A stretch of 64,000 nucleotides of DNA, taken from assembly GCA_965198235.1 (NCBI GenBank), contig OZ240248.1:2016001-2080000 (forward strand), read 5' to 3'. Origin of the DNA: Candidatus Poribacteria bacterium. GTDB lineage: Bacteria > Poribacteria > WGA-4E > WGA-3G. Of this stretch, positions 52,803 to 62,925 are shown piece by piece. Under the pieces are notes generated by a model that saw only the letters and a program-made list of their open reading frames with translations, had not been told where the DNA came from and did no database searches. The first letter of the stretch is position 1. Each line of letters starts with the position of its first letter. A program made the position numbers and the translations under genes.

Positions 52803-53786
52803 TCAGTTCTCTTTCTTTACTTCTCCCCACGTCGTTGTTAGCAATTGGGGCTGCGGTGAAACAGGCAACGCAAACGCTGGGTCAAACCAATCTCCTGTAA
52901 AATGCCAAAACATTGGATCCGTAAGCTGCACTGGCTCCCCTCCGTCCAATCCAACTTTGAAGATTTGCATCTTCGCCCCTTTGATATACTGTGTATAAAG
53001 AAGTGTGTCTCCGTGCGGAGACCAAACCGGCGAGCTCTCTCTGCCGATTCCTTCGGCGATAACCTGTTGAAGCCCTGTACCATCGCGGTTTATGATATAA
53101 ATTGTCTCTGTATCAGCGAACTGTTCTAAAGGCACCTTGTGGAGCCAGGTGAACGCAATTTTGTCACCAGATGGTGCCCACGCTGGAGATGTCATCCACG
53201 AAGGTTTTGCTGGTTTAGGGAAGAACACTTTCTGTTTATATGTGCTAAGGTTGAGGAGACTAATTTGCTTGCGTTTGACTGCTCCGGTGATAAACGCTAT
53301 CTCTGTTCCATCTGGAGACCACGCCGGACTGCTACCAATCGCTACACGCTCCTCTTTTTTTCCGTCTATTGAAGCAATGTAGATGAACGATTTGCCCTGC
53401 TCACGTCGCGTATAAGCAATCTGTCTTCCGTCCGGGGACCATGTTGGGTGTCTTCTATCCCCTAATTTGCCAAATACCCGTTTCACATTTTTCCCATCTG
53501 CATCCATAAGGTACAGGTCACGGGTTTCAGGGGCTCCATCTCGGTTTGAGGCAAAAAGAATTTGCTCGCCAGTTGGGGACCACACCGGTGAAACATCAAA
53601 TGCCTTGTTACGGGTGAGTCTTACCTTCTCAGTTCCATCTGGGTTCATCAGGTAGATTTCCGAATTTCCGTCATCGATTAACGGAAATACAATTTGGGGG
53701 GTTTGTGGAGCCTGTGCCAAGATGCTGCAAACGCTTGAACAGAAAAATATGAGGCTAAAAGCAGAAAGAAACCGTGCGAATTTCAT
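52803..53786 (-). CDS. Secreted TolB-like (PD40) beta-propeller protein, tandem paralog
   Basis: Signal peptide; P.WSPDG repeats; same WFDPAFALPVSPQPQLLTTTWG tail. Confidence 0.88.
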   Translation of the reverse strand: MKFARFLSAFSLIFFCSSVCSILAQAPQTPQIVFPLIDDGNSEIYLMNPDGTEKVRLTRNKAFDVSPVWSPTGEQILFASNRDGAPETRDLYLMDADGKNVKRVFGKLGDRRHPTWSPDGRQIAYTRREQGKSFIYIASIDGKKEERVAIGSSPAWSPDGTEIAFITGAVKRKQISLLNLSTYKQKVFFPKPAKPSWMTSPAWAPSGDKIAFTWLHKVPLEQFADTETIYIINRDGTGLQQVIAEGIGRESSPVWSPHGDTLLYTQYIKGAKMQIFKVGLDGGEPVQLTDPMFWHFTGDWFDPAFALPVSPQPQLLTTTWGEVKKEN

Positions 53787-54234
53787 TAAAGATACCTCAA
53801 CCTACATCTATACTCGCATCTTTATTATCGAACTCAGGTTATTATAACGCAAGTTGCCACCTTTGTAGCATAATCTGTTAGATTGTGTCTGTTACGCACG
53901 CCTATAAAGGCTTGCGGGATAACTAACAGAGCACACAGAATCAGGATTCCAAAAGTCAAATAGGTTTTCATGGTTTGCCTCCATTTATAGTAAAACCTAC
54001 AATTCGTTGGTCAATAACAGTGGCGAGGTGTTTTTGCTTAAAGTCTTTGCAATGTAATACAAGGAATGGATTTAGTCTATCCCCAGACGACATCCGGTAT
54101 TTCTGCGGATTTCCCTTAAGAAACCTCGTCAGTGGGGGATGGTTCGTAAGAGTCGGGAATCGGAGTGTTTTTGCTGGGGTGTTTCCCCCCTCCTACAGAA
54201 GAACTGAATGATCTATCCTGTTGCAGAACGCATT

Positions 54235-57123
54235 TCAATACCCAGAACTTCTCTCTGCGACGCTATCCGCCTCAAGCGGGATATGAAACATCCCGCGTTG
54301 TTGCGTAGCAATGTAAAGTCTTTCTTTACTGACGACAAGAGCGAGAATGTTATTGGGAGCATGTGACGAAATCTGCTTCCATTGACCATCGGCATCTAAG
54401 CGATAAACCCCTGCTTCACCGATACCATAGACTTTGGAGCCATCTGTAGTAAATCTGTCTACAATAGGACGCACGCCGGCACTATCGGTCAGAACACTCC
54501 AGTGTTCCCCAGTATGTGAAACCAAGGTTCCGTTGTCTGTTGCGACATAGATCGTTGATCCGATAAAGGTTACCGCCTTGAAACGGGTGAAGCGAAGCGG
54601 CAGACTGGATGTAATGTCTTTCCAACTGTTCCCTTCATCAAGCGACTGAAACAGATGCCCGTCCCGTTGACCGACGTAGACAGTTTCATCAGAAACCGCT
54701 ATTTTGAATCCGCTTCTGTGCTTGCTATCGAACACTTGATTTGTGTCTACCAATCCAGTGTTTGTCCACTCTGGATCCCCCAGTTTCCATTTGAAAAGCC
54801 CTCTCTGGTATTCCACATAGAACGCATCACAGCTGGCGGTAGCCGTCTCAGTTTGCAGACGAGATATAGCATGCGGGTTAAATGCTCTCCGGTCAAAAAT
54901 GGGTACACCTTGAATTGGAATGAGCGTATCGCCATCTGTAGATAAACGGAAAATTTGGAAGTCTTCTGCTTCAGATGAAAGAAGATAAAGCATGTTGCCG
55001 ACAACCACGAACTTTGATTCAGAAGCGATTTTGATTCTGGGGTTGAGAACGGAAACCTCCTGTCCATCAACGGGAACTTTTTTCCAAGACACCCCGGCAT
55101 CGGATGATTGATAGACTTCATAGCCGGTATGTGCGTATAACCTGTCGTTGAATGCAACCAGATCGATTATAAGTGTTCCTGTCATCCCGTTCATAAATGG
55201 ATGCCATGAATCACCACCATCCGTTGTGCGATGAAGCCCAAATCGGTTAGTTTTGTAAAACGTCCTCTCGTTCACCATTACAGCGGGGAGGCTACTGTCC
55301 ATCAACCAACTCGCATCCCATCCAAGTTTGGTCCAAGTTTTACCACCATCTACTGAACGAGATTGATACTCCCCTAATGCCAAGAGCGTTTCACCTGCAG
55401 CTAAAACTGTTATACCCGATGGTAAATCCCCATGACTGTATTCACTTCCATCCATTATTTCAGTCCACGAGGCTCCCAAGTCAGCTGAATGGAAAATCTT
55501 GACTGGATGTGACCTGTACGACCTGTTATTCCGTATGTTCCGTGTCTCCCGATATATCTCTTTTGGCGTTAATTTCACCAATAGATCGGAACCTGTTCCG
55601 ACATAAAGGTTATTCCCAGACACTGTCAAGGAACAGACAGCTCGTGATGTATCCACTGGCAACTTATTCCAGATACCAGAGTCGAGACGGTAGAGTCCAC
55701 TCTCTGTACCCGTAAACACTGTGTTCTCAACAGCGGCAATTGCGGAGATTTTTTCGCTTGTTAATCCATCGCGAAGAGACTGCCATTGCGTTCCGCCGTC
55801 TGTTGAGCGGAAAATCCCTTCATCTCTCAGGGCAAGGTACATTATAATACGTGGTTGTGTTTCATCCGTAATGATGATTCCAATAGCCTCTCCTTTAGGT
55901 CGTGGACCGAGTGTATTCCATGTCTCGCCTCTATCCACCGAAGTGAATATCTCGTCAGCGGAAGCAATATAAAGGTTATCCCCGTGGGCTGCCATCGGCA
56001 TTAGAGATGGGTCAATAGGAACACTCCTGTTGATGTGTATCCATGCGGTTGCGTCTGCTGTCAACCTGTACATTCCTGATGATGCCACAGCATAGACGGT
56101 TCCTTCAGGCGTAGCGAAGATATTGCGGATGTAACCGGCTGGTGGTCCATCTGTCTGTGTCCACTGTGAAGTAGGAAACTTGGAAGAACCCACCTGGGCA
56201 TTAGATGTTGAGATCTTCTCGGAAGCCTGCAAACCGACGGAGTTGCTCCTGCTGGAGGACACACTTCGTCCAGCCCGATTTAGCAGATCGGGTTTTGACT
56301 GACTGTCAAGGACGATCGGGGCATCAATAATTTCAATTGTGGGTTCGGATGCCGCCTCGAAACTATAAGGTTTCTGAAAACGGGTGAGGTATCGATCGCT
56401 TGCACCCAGCAGCAACAGCACCAAAACCGCAGTTGTTCCCAAAGCCATCCATGGGATCAGCGGTTTCGTAGCCGGCGGGGATGTGGGTTTCAAGTCAGCG
56501 ACTTGCCGCATGATGTTCTGGCTTAGGCCTGTCGATATTTGGACGCCACTGAAAACTTCTTGAATGAGGAGTTCCTGATCTTCTTGTAAACGTTCTCGCG
56601 CTCGCCGGAGCCGACTCTTAATCGTATTCACCGACACCCCCAAGAAGTTGCCTATCTCTTTTGCCGTCATCTCACCGAGATAATAGAGCGTCATCACTGT
56701 GCGTTCGCTTTCTGGGAGTCTTTCGAGAAGTTTTTCGACGATTTCATACCGCCGTTCGGTCGCTTCCGATTCGCGCGCCTCAGAGACATAACGTTCATAA
56801 GTTAACTGATTGATTTCCCTCACTGGCGTACCCTCCAGAGACTGCATCGCCGATTTGTTTCGTTGAAGCCAGTTAATGCAAAGCCGATTTGCGATGACAT
56901 ACAACCACCCAGCAAATTGATGCGGATTTTTGAGGGTCGAGAGTTTTTTGTATGCTTGGAGGAAGGTGTCCTGCGTAATCTCTTCAGCATAGTGAAAATC
57001 GCTAATCTTTCGCCAAGCGAGCGCGTGAACACTCTTCTGATATTTTTGCACTAACGCGTTGAAGGCATCATCGTTGCCGGATAAAATGTCGTAAATCAAC
57101 TGCGCATCTTCTTTTCTTTCCAC
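54235..57123 (-). CDS. ECF sigma factor fused via a TM helix to a BNR/Asp-box beta-propeller domain
   Basis: AEEITQDTFLQAY, F.GWLY.IA.R, V.TIKSRL.RAR; TM segment LIPWMALGTTAVLVLLLLG; many S.D.G.TW boxes; GTG start after GGAGGAG. Confidence 0.88.
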   Translation of the reverse strand: MERKEDAQLIYDILSGNDDAFNALVQKYQKSVHALAWRKISDFHYAEEITQDTFLQAYKKLSTLKNPHQFAGWLYVIANRLCINWLQRNKSAMQSLEGTPVREINQLTYERYVSEARESEATERRYEIVEKLLERLPESERTVMTLYYLGEMTAKEIGNFLGVSVNTIKSRLRRARERLQEDQELLIQEVFSGVQISTGLSQNIMRQVADLKPTSPPATKPLIPWMALGTTAVLVLLLLGASDRYLTRFQKPYSFEAASEPTIEIIDAPIVLDSQSKPDLLNRAGRSVSSSRSNSVGLQASEKISTSNAQVGSSKFPTSQWTQTDGPPAGYIRNIFATPEGTVYAVASSGMYRLTADATAWIHINRSVPIDPSLMPMAAHGDNLYIASADEIFTSVDRGETWNTLGPRPKGEAIGIIITDETQPRIIMYLALRDEGIFRSTDGGTQWQSLRDGLTSEKISAIAAVENTVFTGTESGLYRLDSGIWNKLPVDTSRAVCSLTVSGNNLYVGTGSDLLVKLTPKEIYRETRNIRNNRSYRSHPVKIFHSADLGASWTEIMDGSEYSHGDLPSGITVLAAGETLLALGEYQSRSVDGGKTWTKLGWDASWLMDSSLPAVMVNERTFYKTNRFGLHRTTDGGDSWHPFMNGMTGTLIIDLVAFNDRLYAHTGYEVYQSSDAGVSWKKVPVDGQEVSVLNPRIKIASESKFVVVGNMLYLLSSEAEDFQIFRLSTDGDTLIPIQGVPIFDRRAFNPHAISRLQTETATASCDAFYVEYQRGLFKWKLGDPEWTNTGLVDTNQVFDSKHRSGFKIAVSDETVYVGQRDGHLFQSLDEGNSWKDITSSLPLRFTRFKAVTFIGSTIYVATDNGTLVSHTGEHWSVLTDSAGVRPIVDRFTTDGSKVYGIGEAGVYRLDADGQWKQISSHAPNNILALVVSKERLYIATQQRGMFHIPLEADSVAERSSGY

Positions 57124-57189
57124 GAGACTCCCTCCCAATGAACAGATTTAGGTGTTTCCGTTTGGACTGTCGAGAATGCATATCTACGT

Positions 57190-57309
57190 CTAACATATCA
57201 CTTTTCTCCCGCCCAGTTCCCAATCCTCACTGGCAAAGGATTCTATTTGCATAAGCAAGAGAATGAGAACAACGACACCCATAACGAAAGCTTTCTTTAG
57301 GGATTTCAT
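57190..57309 (-). pseudogene. Signal-peptide-only ORF (truncated secreted-protein gene or micropeptide)
   Basis: MKSLKKAFVMGVVVLILLLMQIESFASEDWELGGRKVIC*; ATG overlaps the upstream TGA. Confidence 0.45.
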
Positions 57310-58163
57310 TGCTTAAGGCGTCCCCATGTTGTTGTGAGTTTCTCGTGGGGTTCGACTGCGAGTGGGATGCCGGTCCTCGCTCCACCTTCACCTACCAGAT
57401 GATGTGCATGACCCGATGCGTCTGAGAATTTCTGTGTTCCACTGGGTTCATCAAAATGCCACAGGGCGACCGTCTTTGCGTCATCCTTGAATTTTTTGCG
57501 CGGCGTGAAACCTTTTTTGCCGACATTGTAACGAGCGACCCTCGAGATACGGACCTCATCAATATATCCCGCAAAAGGTCCCCAAAAGTGATCGATGTGA
57601 AACTCAACTTTCCTTCCAAATCCTCCGAGTGTAAAATCCTTTGGACGCTTAAATCCTGTGAGATCGTGTGCGAGCGTTGTTCTTTGCGGTAAGATGCCTA
57701 CGAAATCGTTAACGATGGTTGCTGTCTCTTTCCCTTTCGCCTGGTAAGCGATGTGATGCCATTGGTTCGGGGAAAGTACTACCGGATGGTACGGTGTACT
57801 AGCGAGCCTGCCTATAACCGTAATATGCGCTTGAGTTGCTAAGACTAAATCCCCCTTCTTGATGTCCCTCCGTCCCTCGACAGCGACCGCGACATTCATC
57901 CGCACCTGTTGGCTGAGAATCATTGCGTGTGTATCCATGTCAGGCAGCGGTGTCGTTGGATATACCCACGCTTCAACGGTGAACTCGTCTGTGCCTTTCG
58001 GGAAGAGGACACCGAAGGTTTTAAAGTCCAAAACCGCATAATCGTCCACCCCATCGAGGACTAAATAGTTTCCACCTGCGGGTGAAGCGGGTGGAAATGC
58101 TTTGGCACTCAGCGGAATTAAAGCGAGCAAAAAGAGGCATATCAGGATTTGTCGATGTGTCAT
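57306..58163 (-). CDS. Secreted LamG-like jelly-roll protein with LTTTWGRLKQ tail
   Basis: LVLDGVDDY, FTVEAWVYP, WHHIA, F.GYIDEVRIS and VALWHFDE motifs. Confidence 0.88.
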   Translation of the reverse strand: MTHRQILICLFLLALIPLSAKAFPPASPAGGNYLVLDGVDDYAVLDFKTFGVLFPKGTDEFTVEAWVYPTTPLPDMDTHAMILSQQVRMNVAVAVEGRRDIKKGDLVLATQAHITVIGRLASTPYHPVVLSPNQWHHIAYQAKGKETATIVNDFVGILPQRTTLAHDLTGFKRPKDFTLGGFGRKVEFHIDHFWGPFAGYIDEVRISRVARYNVGKKGFTPRKKFKDDAKTVALWHFDEPSGTQKFSDASGHAHHLVGEGGARTGIPLAVEPHEKLTTTWGRLKQ

Positions 58164-58440
58164 TTTTTATCTCCTTTTTCGTCTAAAACGAAAACTTGTG
58201 GGTTTCGTCGTAAAGAATGGTGTGCGTCCTCATATCTTGTAAAATCAAGGCGATGTTGTTAAAGACACAATTTTAAGGTAAAAAGGGTGCATAATGGCAA
58301 AAAAAATGAAAAAACCGCTTGAAATTGTGGAAGGTTTTTTAGGGACGGGAACAAGTTGGAATATTGCTTGGGTGTTCCCCCTCCTACAGAAAAACTGAAT
58401 GCTCTAAGAAAACAGATTACGGTGTGAATGAGGCGGGAAC

Positions 58441-58575
58441 AAAAAAGGAGCCGGAAACCACATTCCTAATTGGTGCCAAGAGTTTCAGGGATTTCAACTG
58501 AACTAACACATGCAACAGTGGCTTACAAGTTACACCTTCTAAGAATTATGGCTCCGGCTTACCCAAGGAGGCTCA
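58441..58575 (-). ncRNA. Candidate sigma-54-dependent structured small RNA
   Basis: Starts ~12 nt after the sigma-54 site; long 5'/3' stem (58559-58449) followed by U6; no ORF. Confidence 0.55.
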
Positions 58576-58585
58576 TATAAACATA

Positions 58586-58601
58586 AGCAATTTCCGTGCC
58601 A
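58586..58601 (-). promoter_or_regulatory. Sigma-54 (-24/-12) promoter
   Basis: TGGCACGGAAATTGCT, a perfect match to TGGCACG-N4-TTGCW. Confidence 0.82.
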
Positions 58602-58766
58602 ATGAAAAAGGGGTTGTTTTGGGCAATTTTTGCGGGATATTGCCTATTTTTTGAACATTTTGTGATAAAAAAATGGACATTGGAAGGTAGCAATCAGCCG
58701 TCAGCCGTCGGCAGTCAGTAGTTAACCGCTTCTACTGATATTGGAGATATGATATAGGGGCTGGGA

Positions 58767-60221
58767 TCAGCCCTTTACAACACCGATGGGACGCAGGCGT
58801 GCGACGCGGCGGGAAAGTCCCGCTTTGTCAACGACACGGACGACCTCGTCAACATCTTTGTAAGCCTCAGGGACCTCTTCTTGGAGGGTGCGTCTGCCTT
58901 CTGCTCGGACGTAGATACCTTGCGCCTCCAAATCTTTCTGGATAGAGCGTCCTTTCGTCAAGGCGATCGCCTTCCGGCGTGAGAGCATTCTACCCGCACC
59001 GTGACAGGTCGTGCCCCATGTCTCTGCCATCGCACCCGGATTACCGACAAGCACGTAAGAGGCGGTTCCCATGTCGCCAGGAATTAGGACGGGTTGCCCG
59101 ACTTTCTGGTATTTATCGGGGATTTCGGGATGCCCCGCTGGAAACGCACGGGTCGCGCCTTTGCGATGGATAAAGAGTTCACGTTCTTTACCATCAACGG
59201 TGTGTTTCTCAAACTTTCCGATGTTATGTGCCACATCGTAGACGAGTTCTAAACCGAGTTCGTCTTCTGTCGTTTCAAAAAACTGCATGAAGGTCTGGCG
59301 GACGAGGTGCATGATACACTGTCGATTGTTCCACGCATAGTTTGCACTACACGCCATCGCGGTGATGTAATCCTGTCCTTCTGGTGAATTGATCGGCGCG
59401 GAGGCGAGTTGACGGTCGGGCAGTTTTATGCCGTATCTTTCGGCAACTTTGACCCAACTTTTAACGTGTTCGTCGCAGATCTGGTAACCGAAGCCGCGCG
59501 AACCGGTGTGAATCATCACGCAGATGTTGCCCTCGCTCAACCCCATCGCATCGGCGGCTTCTCGGTAAAAAACGCGGTCAACGGTTTGCACTTCAAGGAA
59601 ATGGTTGCCCGAACCGAGGGTGCCGAGTTGGTTTTTGCCGCGTTCTAAGGCACGCTGGCTTGCCGCGTCAGCGTTTGCGCGTTCGAGGAAACCGGTCGCT
59701 TCTGTAAAGTCGAGATCTCTTGTGTGACCATATTCTCGCTCAATTGCCCACAGCGCGCCTTTCTCCAACATCTGCCGCTCCTCTTGGAGGGTGAGCCGAA
59801 TTTTGCCGCTGGAGCCGACACCACACGGGACGTTCTCGAACAATTTACCGACAAGTGCTTTCCGCTTGCCATCAAGTTGCGAGACATCCAGGTTCGTTCG
59901 GATGAGGCGGACACCGCAGTTGATGTCATACCCGATGCCACCGGGAGAGACAACGCCATCCGCCTGTGGATCGGTAGCCGCAACACCCCCGATGACGAAG
60001 CCGTAGCCCCAATGCAGATCGGGCATAGCGAGGGAGTGCTTAACGATACCCGGAAGATGCGCGACGTTTGCCACCTGCTGCAACGCCTCGTCGCTTTTGG
60101 CGTGTTCGAGGAGTTTCTCGTTGGCATAGACAATCCCGTCTACGCGCATGCCTTTCATGTAACTCTTCGGGATACGCCAACGGTATTCGTCAAGTTTTTG
60201 GAGGATTACATTTTGTGCCAT
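58767..60221 (-). CDS. rtcB: RNA-splicing ligase RtcB
   Basis: MPDLHWGYG, GYDINCG, LGSGNHF, HRKGATRAF, HGAGR and EEVPEAYK motifs. Confidence 0.96.
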   Translation of the reverse strand: MAQNVILQKLDEYRWRIPKSYMKGMRVDGIVYANEKLLEHAKSDEALQQVANVAHLPGIVKHSLAMPDLHWGYGFVIGGVAATDPQADGVVSPGGIGYDINCGVRLIRTNLDVSQLDGKRKALVGKLFENVPCGVGSSGKIRLTLQEERQMLEKGALWAIEREYGHTRDLDFTEATGFLERANADAASQRALERGKNQLGTLGSGNHFLEVQTVDRVFYREAADAMGLSEGNICVMIHTGSRGFGYQICDEHVKSWVKVAERYGIKLPDRQLASAPINSPEGQDYITAMACSANYAWNNRQCIMHLVRQTFMQFFETTEDELGLELVYDVAHNIGKFEKHTVDGKERELFIHRKGATRAFPAGHPEIPDKYQKVGQPVLIPGDMGTASYVLVGNPGAMAETWGTTCHGAGRMLSRRKAIALTKGRSIQKDLEAQGIYVRAEGRRTLQEEVPEAYKDVDEVVRVVDKAGLSRRVARLRPIGVVKG

Positions 60222-60262
60222 GATAGTAATTTCCGATGTGTTTCTTTATTCTTCCATTCCTC

Positions 60263-60868
60263 TCACGCCTTTTGTGATACCATACTTGCGAGGATCCCCA
60301 GGATTGTATCGCATTGTGAGATTTGATAGGCAGCCATGTCAATGTAGAGTTTCTTTCCCTCCAATTTGAGGAAGAGCCAATCTATTCCAGATGTGATGGT
60401 CCCATAAATGCAAGCGATGTCATTCCCTTCTTCCGCGTTAAAATGTTGTGAGGCTACCATTTCCGCAACACACTGCCCGAGTCCTGCTGTTAGATCGTCC
60501 TTTTTTGCCTCAACGAGGATTAGGACGGGGGCTTCCAAATAAAATTGCTCCGGCGATAAACTTACCAAAAAATCGCAAACGCCGGTGAGCCCCTCTTCGG
60601 CATTTACGTTAAAGTCAATCCCTGAAAAAAAACTGATGCGTCGCTCAAAGTGTTCCCGGAGCTCAACCAAAACAGCGGCAACAATCAGTTCTGATTTTGC
60701 TTTCTCAGTACCGATAGCAAACGCTAACGGGACATTTCGCTCCAACACCGTGGTGAGAAGTGTGCTTGGGGCTACCGGTTCTATATCCGTAAAGATGCCA
60801 GCAGCTTCGACCGTTTTGAGGTGAAATGTTTTGCACGCATCCTCTAAGGTAAAATTGCTATACGCCAT
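60263..60868 (-). CDS. PD-(D/E)xK restriction-endonuclease-like protein (MAYSNFTL family)
   Basis: Close paralog of 6460-7065. Confidence 0.72.
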   Translation of the reverse strand: MAYSNFTLEDACKTFHLKTVEAAGIFTDIEPVAPSTLLTTVLERNVPLAFAIGTEKAKSELIVAAVLVELREHFERRISFFSGIDFNVNAEEGLTGVCDFLVSLSPEQFYLEAPVLILVEAKKDDLTAGLGQCVAEMVASQHFNAEEGNDIACIYGTITSGIDWLFLKLEGKKLYIDMAAYQISQCDTILGILASMVSQKA

Positions 60869-61263
60869 GTGAGAGAATCTCCTTGTAACAATTTTGCCGA
60901 TGTGGGAGGTGTTGCAACCGCGATGCACATCTCGCCTATAACGGAATGTTTACATTATATTTTTATTTTACAGCATTTTTCTGGGAAATGCAACACTTTT
61001 GTTACAGAGGCTGTCAGTGGTCACCCATCAGCAATCAGCGTAGCTCCGTGACCGGTAGGTACGGTTTCTAACCGCACCGGTATTCGTCAGAATTGGGATG
61101 AGAGAATTTACAAGATTATGGAGTTGTGAAATTGACCCGCGTCTTTTGTGTGCTGACAACTGACAGCCGACTGCTGATAACTAATTCGTCTGAATCGCGG
61201 ATTACGCGGATTGCGCGTTTCAAACCAATTTCGCTCCTAACAAAGAATGGATCATCAGAAATT

Positions 61264-62433
61264 CTATAGTGCTAAGAGCTCGGGCAATTCTACCCATTTG
61301 CGGGTTTGCCACGATTCCATGCCCTTTTCTGCCAATTGCACACCCTTCGCACCCGCGAGCAGCGTCCACGGGAAGGGTTCATCGGCAACGACATGTCGGA
61401 GGAAGAGTTCCCACTGCGCTCGAAATGCGTTCTCATAGTCTTCCTGCTCTGGCACCTTGAGCCATCCATCAAAGAATTTGATCGGTTGTTCGATGTCCGG
61501 ATTCCAGACGGGACGCGGCGTGCCAGAGAGCGGTTGAATCCAACAATCCCGCAAACCAACAACGGCAGACCCATTCAAACCGTCTACGTGTATCGTCAAC
61601 AGATCGTCGCGACGAACCCTGACTGCCCAAGACGAGTTAAAGTGTGCAATAATACCGTTTTCCAATTCAAACGTCGCATAGGCGGCATCTTCCGCCGTAC
61701 ACTTATACGGTTTATCTTCCTCATCCCACCGTTGCGGTAGATGCGTGGCAGCAATGCAGGAAACACTTTTAACCGCGCCGAAAAGGTTGTCGATGACGTA
61801 TCGCCAGTGGCTAAACATATCGAGAATAATGCCGCCACCGTCTTCGACACGGTAGTTCCACGAAGGACGTTGGGTCGGGATCGCATCGCCTTGGAAAACC
61901 CAGTAGCCAAATTCGCCACGGACAGCAATAATTTTTCCGAAAAAGTCGGCATCTATCAAGCGTTTCAGTTTCTGAATACCGGGTAGCCAGAGTTTATCCT
62001 GAACGACCCCATTTTTAAGTCCCGCTTTTGCTGCTTGTTCATAGAGACGATACGCATCGGCGGTTGTAGTGGCAGTCGGTTTTTCACAATAGATGTGTTT
62101 TCCGGCTGATATGGCGGCTTCGACTGCGTCAACTCGGCGGGACGTGACCTGAGCATCGAAATAGACACTATAAGTGCCATCGGCGAGAGCAGCGTCGAGA
62201 TCCGTGCTCCACTTCTCGACCCCGGTGGTTTCGGAAAGCTTTTCTAATTTTGCTGGATTTCTGCCGACGAGAAACGGGTCAGGCATAATCACTTCGCCAT
62301 CACCGATCGGGATGCCACCCTTTTCTGCGATTGCCAAGATGGAACGGATGAGGTGTTGGTTTGTTCCCATCCTCCCGGTGACACCGTTCATGATGATGCC
62401 GACGCGGTGTGTTTTTGGGGTATGATTCGTCAT
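61264..62433 (-). CDS. Gfo/Idh/MocA oxidoreductase
   Basis: IIMNGVTGRMG, YCEKP and GGGIILDM motifs. Confidence 0.9.
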   Translation of the reverse strand: MTNHTPKTHRVGIIMNGVTGRMGTNQHLIRSILAIAEKGGIPIGDGEVIMPDPFLVGRNPAKLEKLSETTGVEKWSTDLDAALADGTYSVYFDAQVTSRRVDAVEAAISAGKHIYCEKPTATTTADAYRLYEQAAKAGLKNGVVQDKLWLPGIQKLKRLIDADFFGKIIAVRGEFGYWVFQGDAIPTQRPSWNYRVEDGGGIILDMFSHWRYVIDNLFGAVKSVSCIAATHLPQRWDEEDKPYKCTAEDAAYATFELENGIIAHFNSSWAVRVRRDDLLTIHVDGLNGSAVVGLRDCWIQPLSGTPRPVWNPDIEQPIKFFDGWLKVPEQEDYENAFRAQWELFLRHVVADEPFPWTLLAGAKGVQLAEKGMESWQTRKWVELPELLAL

Positions 62434-62876
62434 GAATAATCCTTATACGTACACGGGGTATATTTCCATAGGAGTGGTGGTGCGTCAACACCGGCTTTTG
62501 GAAGTGTGCCGGCGAGTTCCTGTTTCCAATGTACCACATCGCCTGCGGGTCCATAACAGTAGCCCATGTGCATCGGTGTGTCACCAGTGTTCGTTAGTTG
62601 ATGGAAAATCCAAGAAGGGATAAATACGGTCTGCCCCGCGGAAATGGTTTGACGTTCCTCACCGAGGCACATTTCGCCTTCGCCTTCAACGATGAAGTAG
62701 ATCTCTTCCTGTTCGTGGTTGTGCCACGGCACTTGCCCACCGTTTGGCTCTAAGACGACGAACCCTATATAGAATTCACCTATCTGGATCGGGGAGACAC
62801 CGCCGACGAGATTTTTGGTTAACCTACGCGCAGGATAGCTACGCCCTTCCATTGCATTTACATCTGCGATTAACAT
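62430..62876 (-). CDS. Cupin-domain protein
   Basis: PWHNHEQEEIYFIVEGEG; G.TVFIP...FHQL.N. Confidence 0.85.
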   Translation of the reverse strand: MLIADVNAMEGRSYPARRLTKNLVGGVSPIQIGEFYIGFVVLEPNGGQVPWHNHEQEEIYFIVEGEGEMCLGEERQTISAGQTVFIPSWIFHQLTNTGDTPMHMGYCYGPAGDVVHWKQELAGTLPKAGVDAPPLLWKYTPCTYKDYS

Positions 62877-62925
62877 TATGTGTTGTCCTTGTAACGGCAC
62901 AACGGCGTGTGCCTACTACTTTGCA

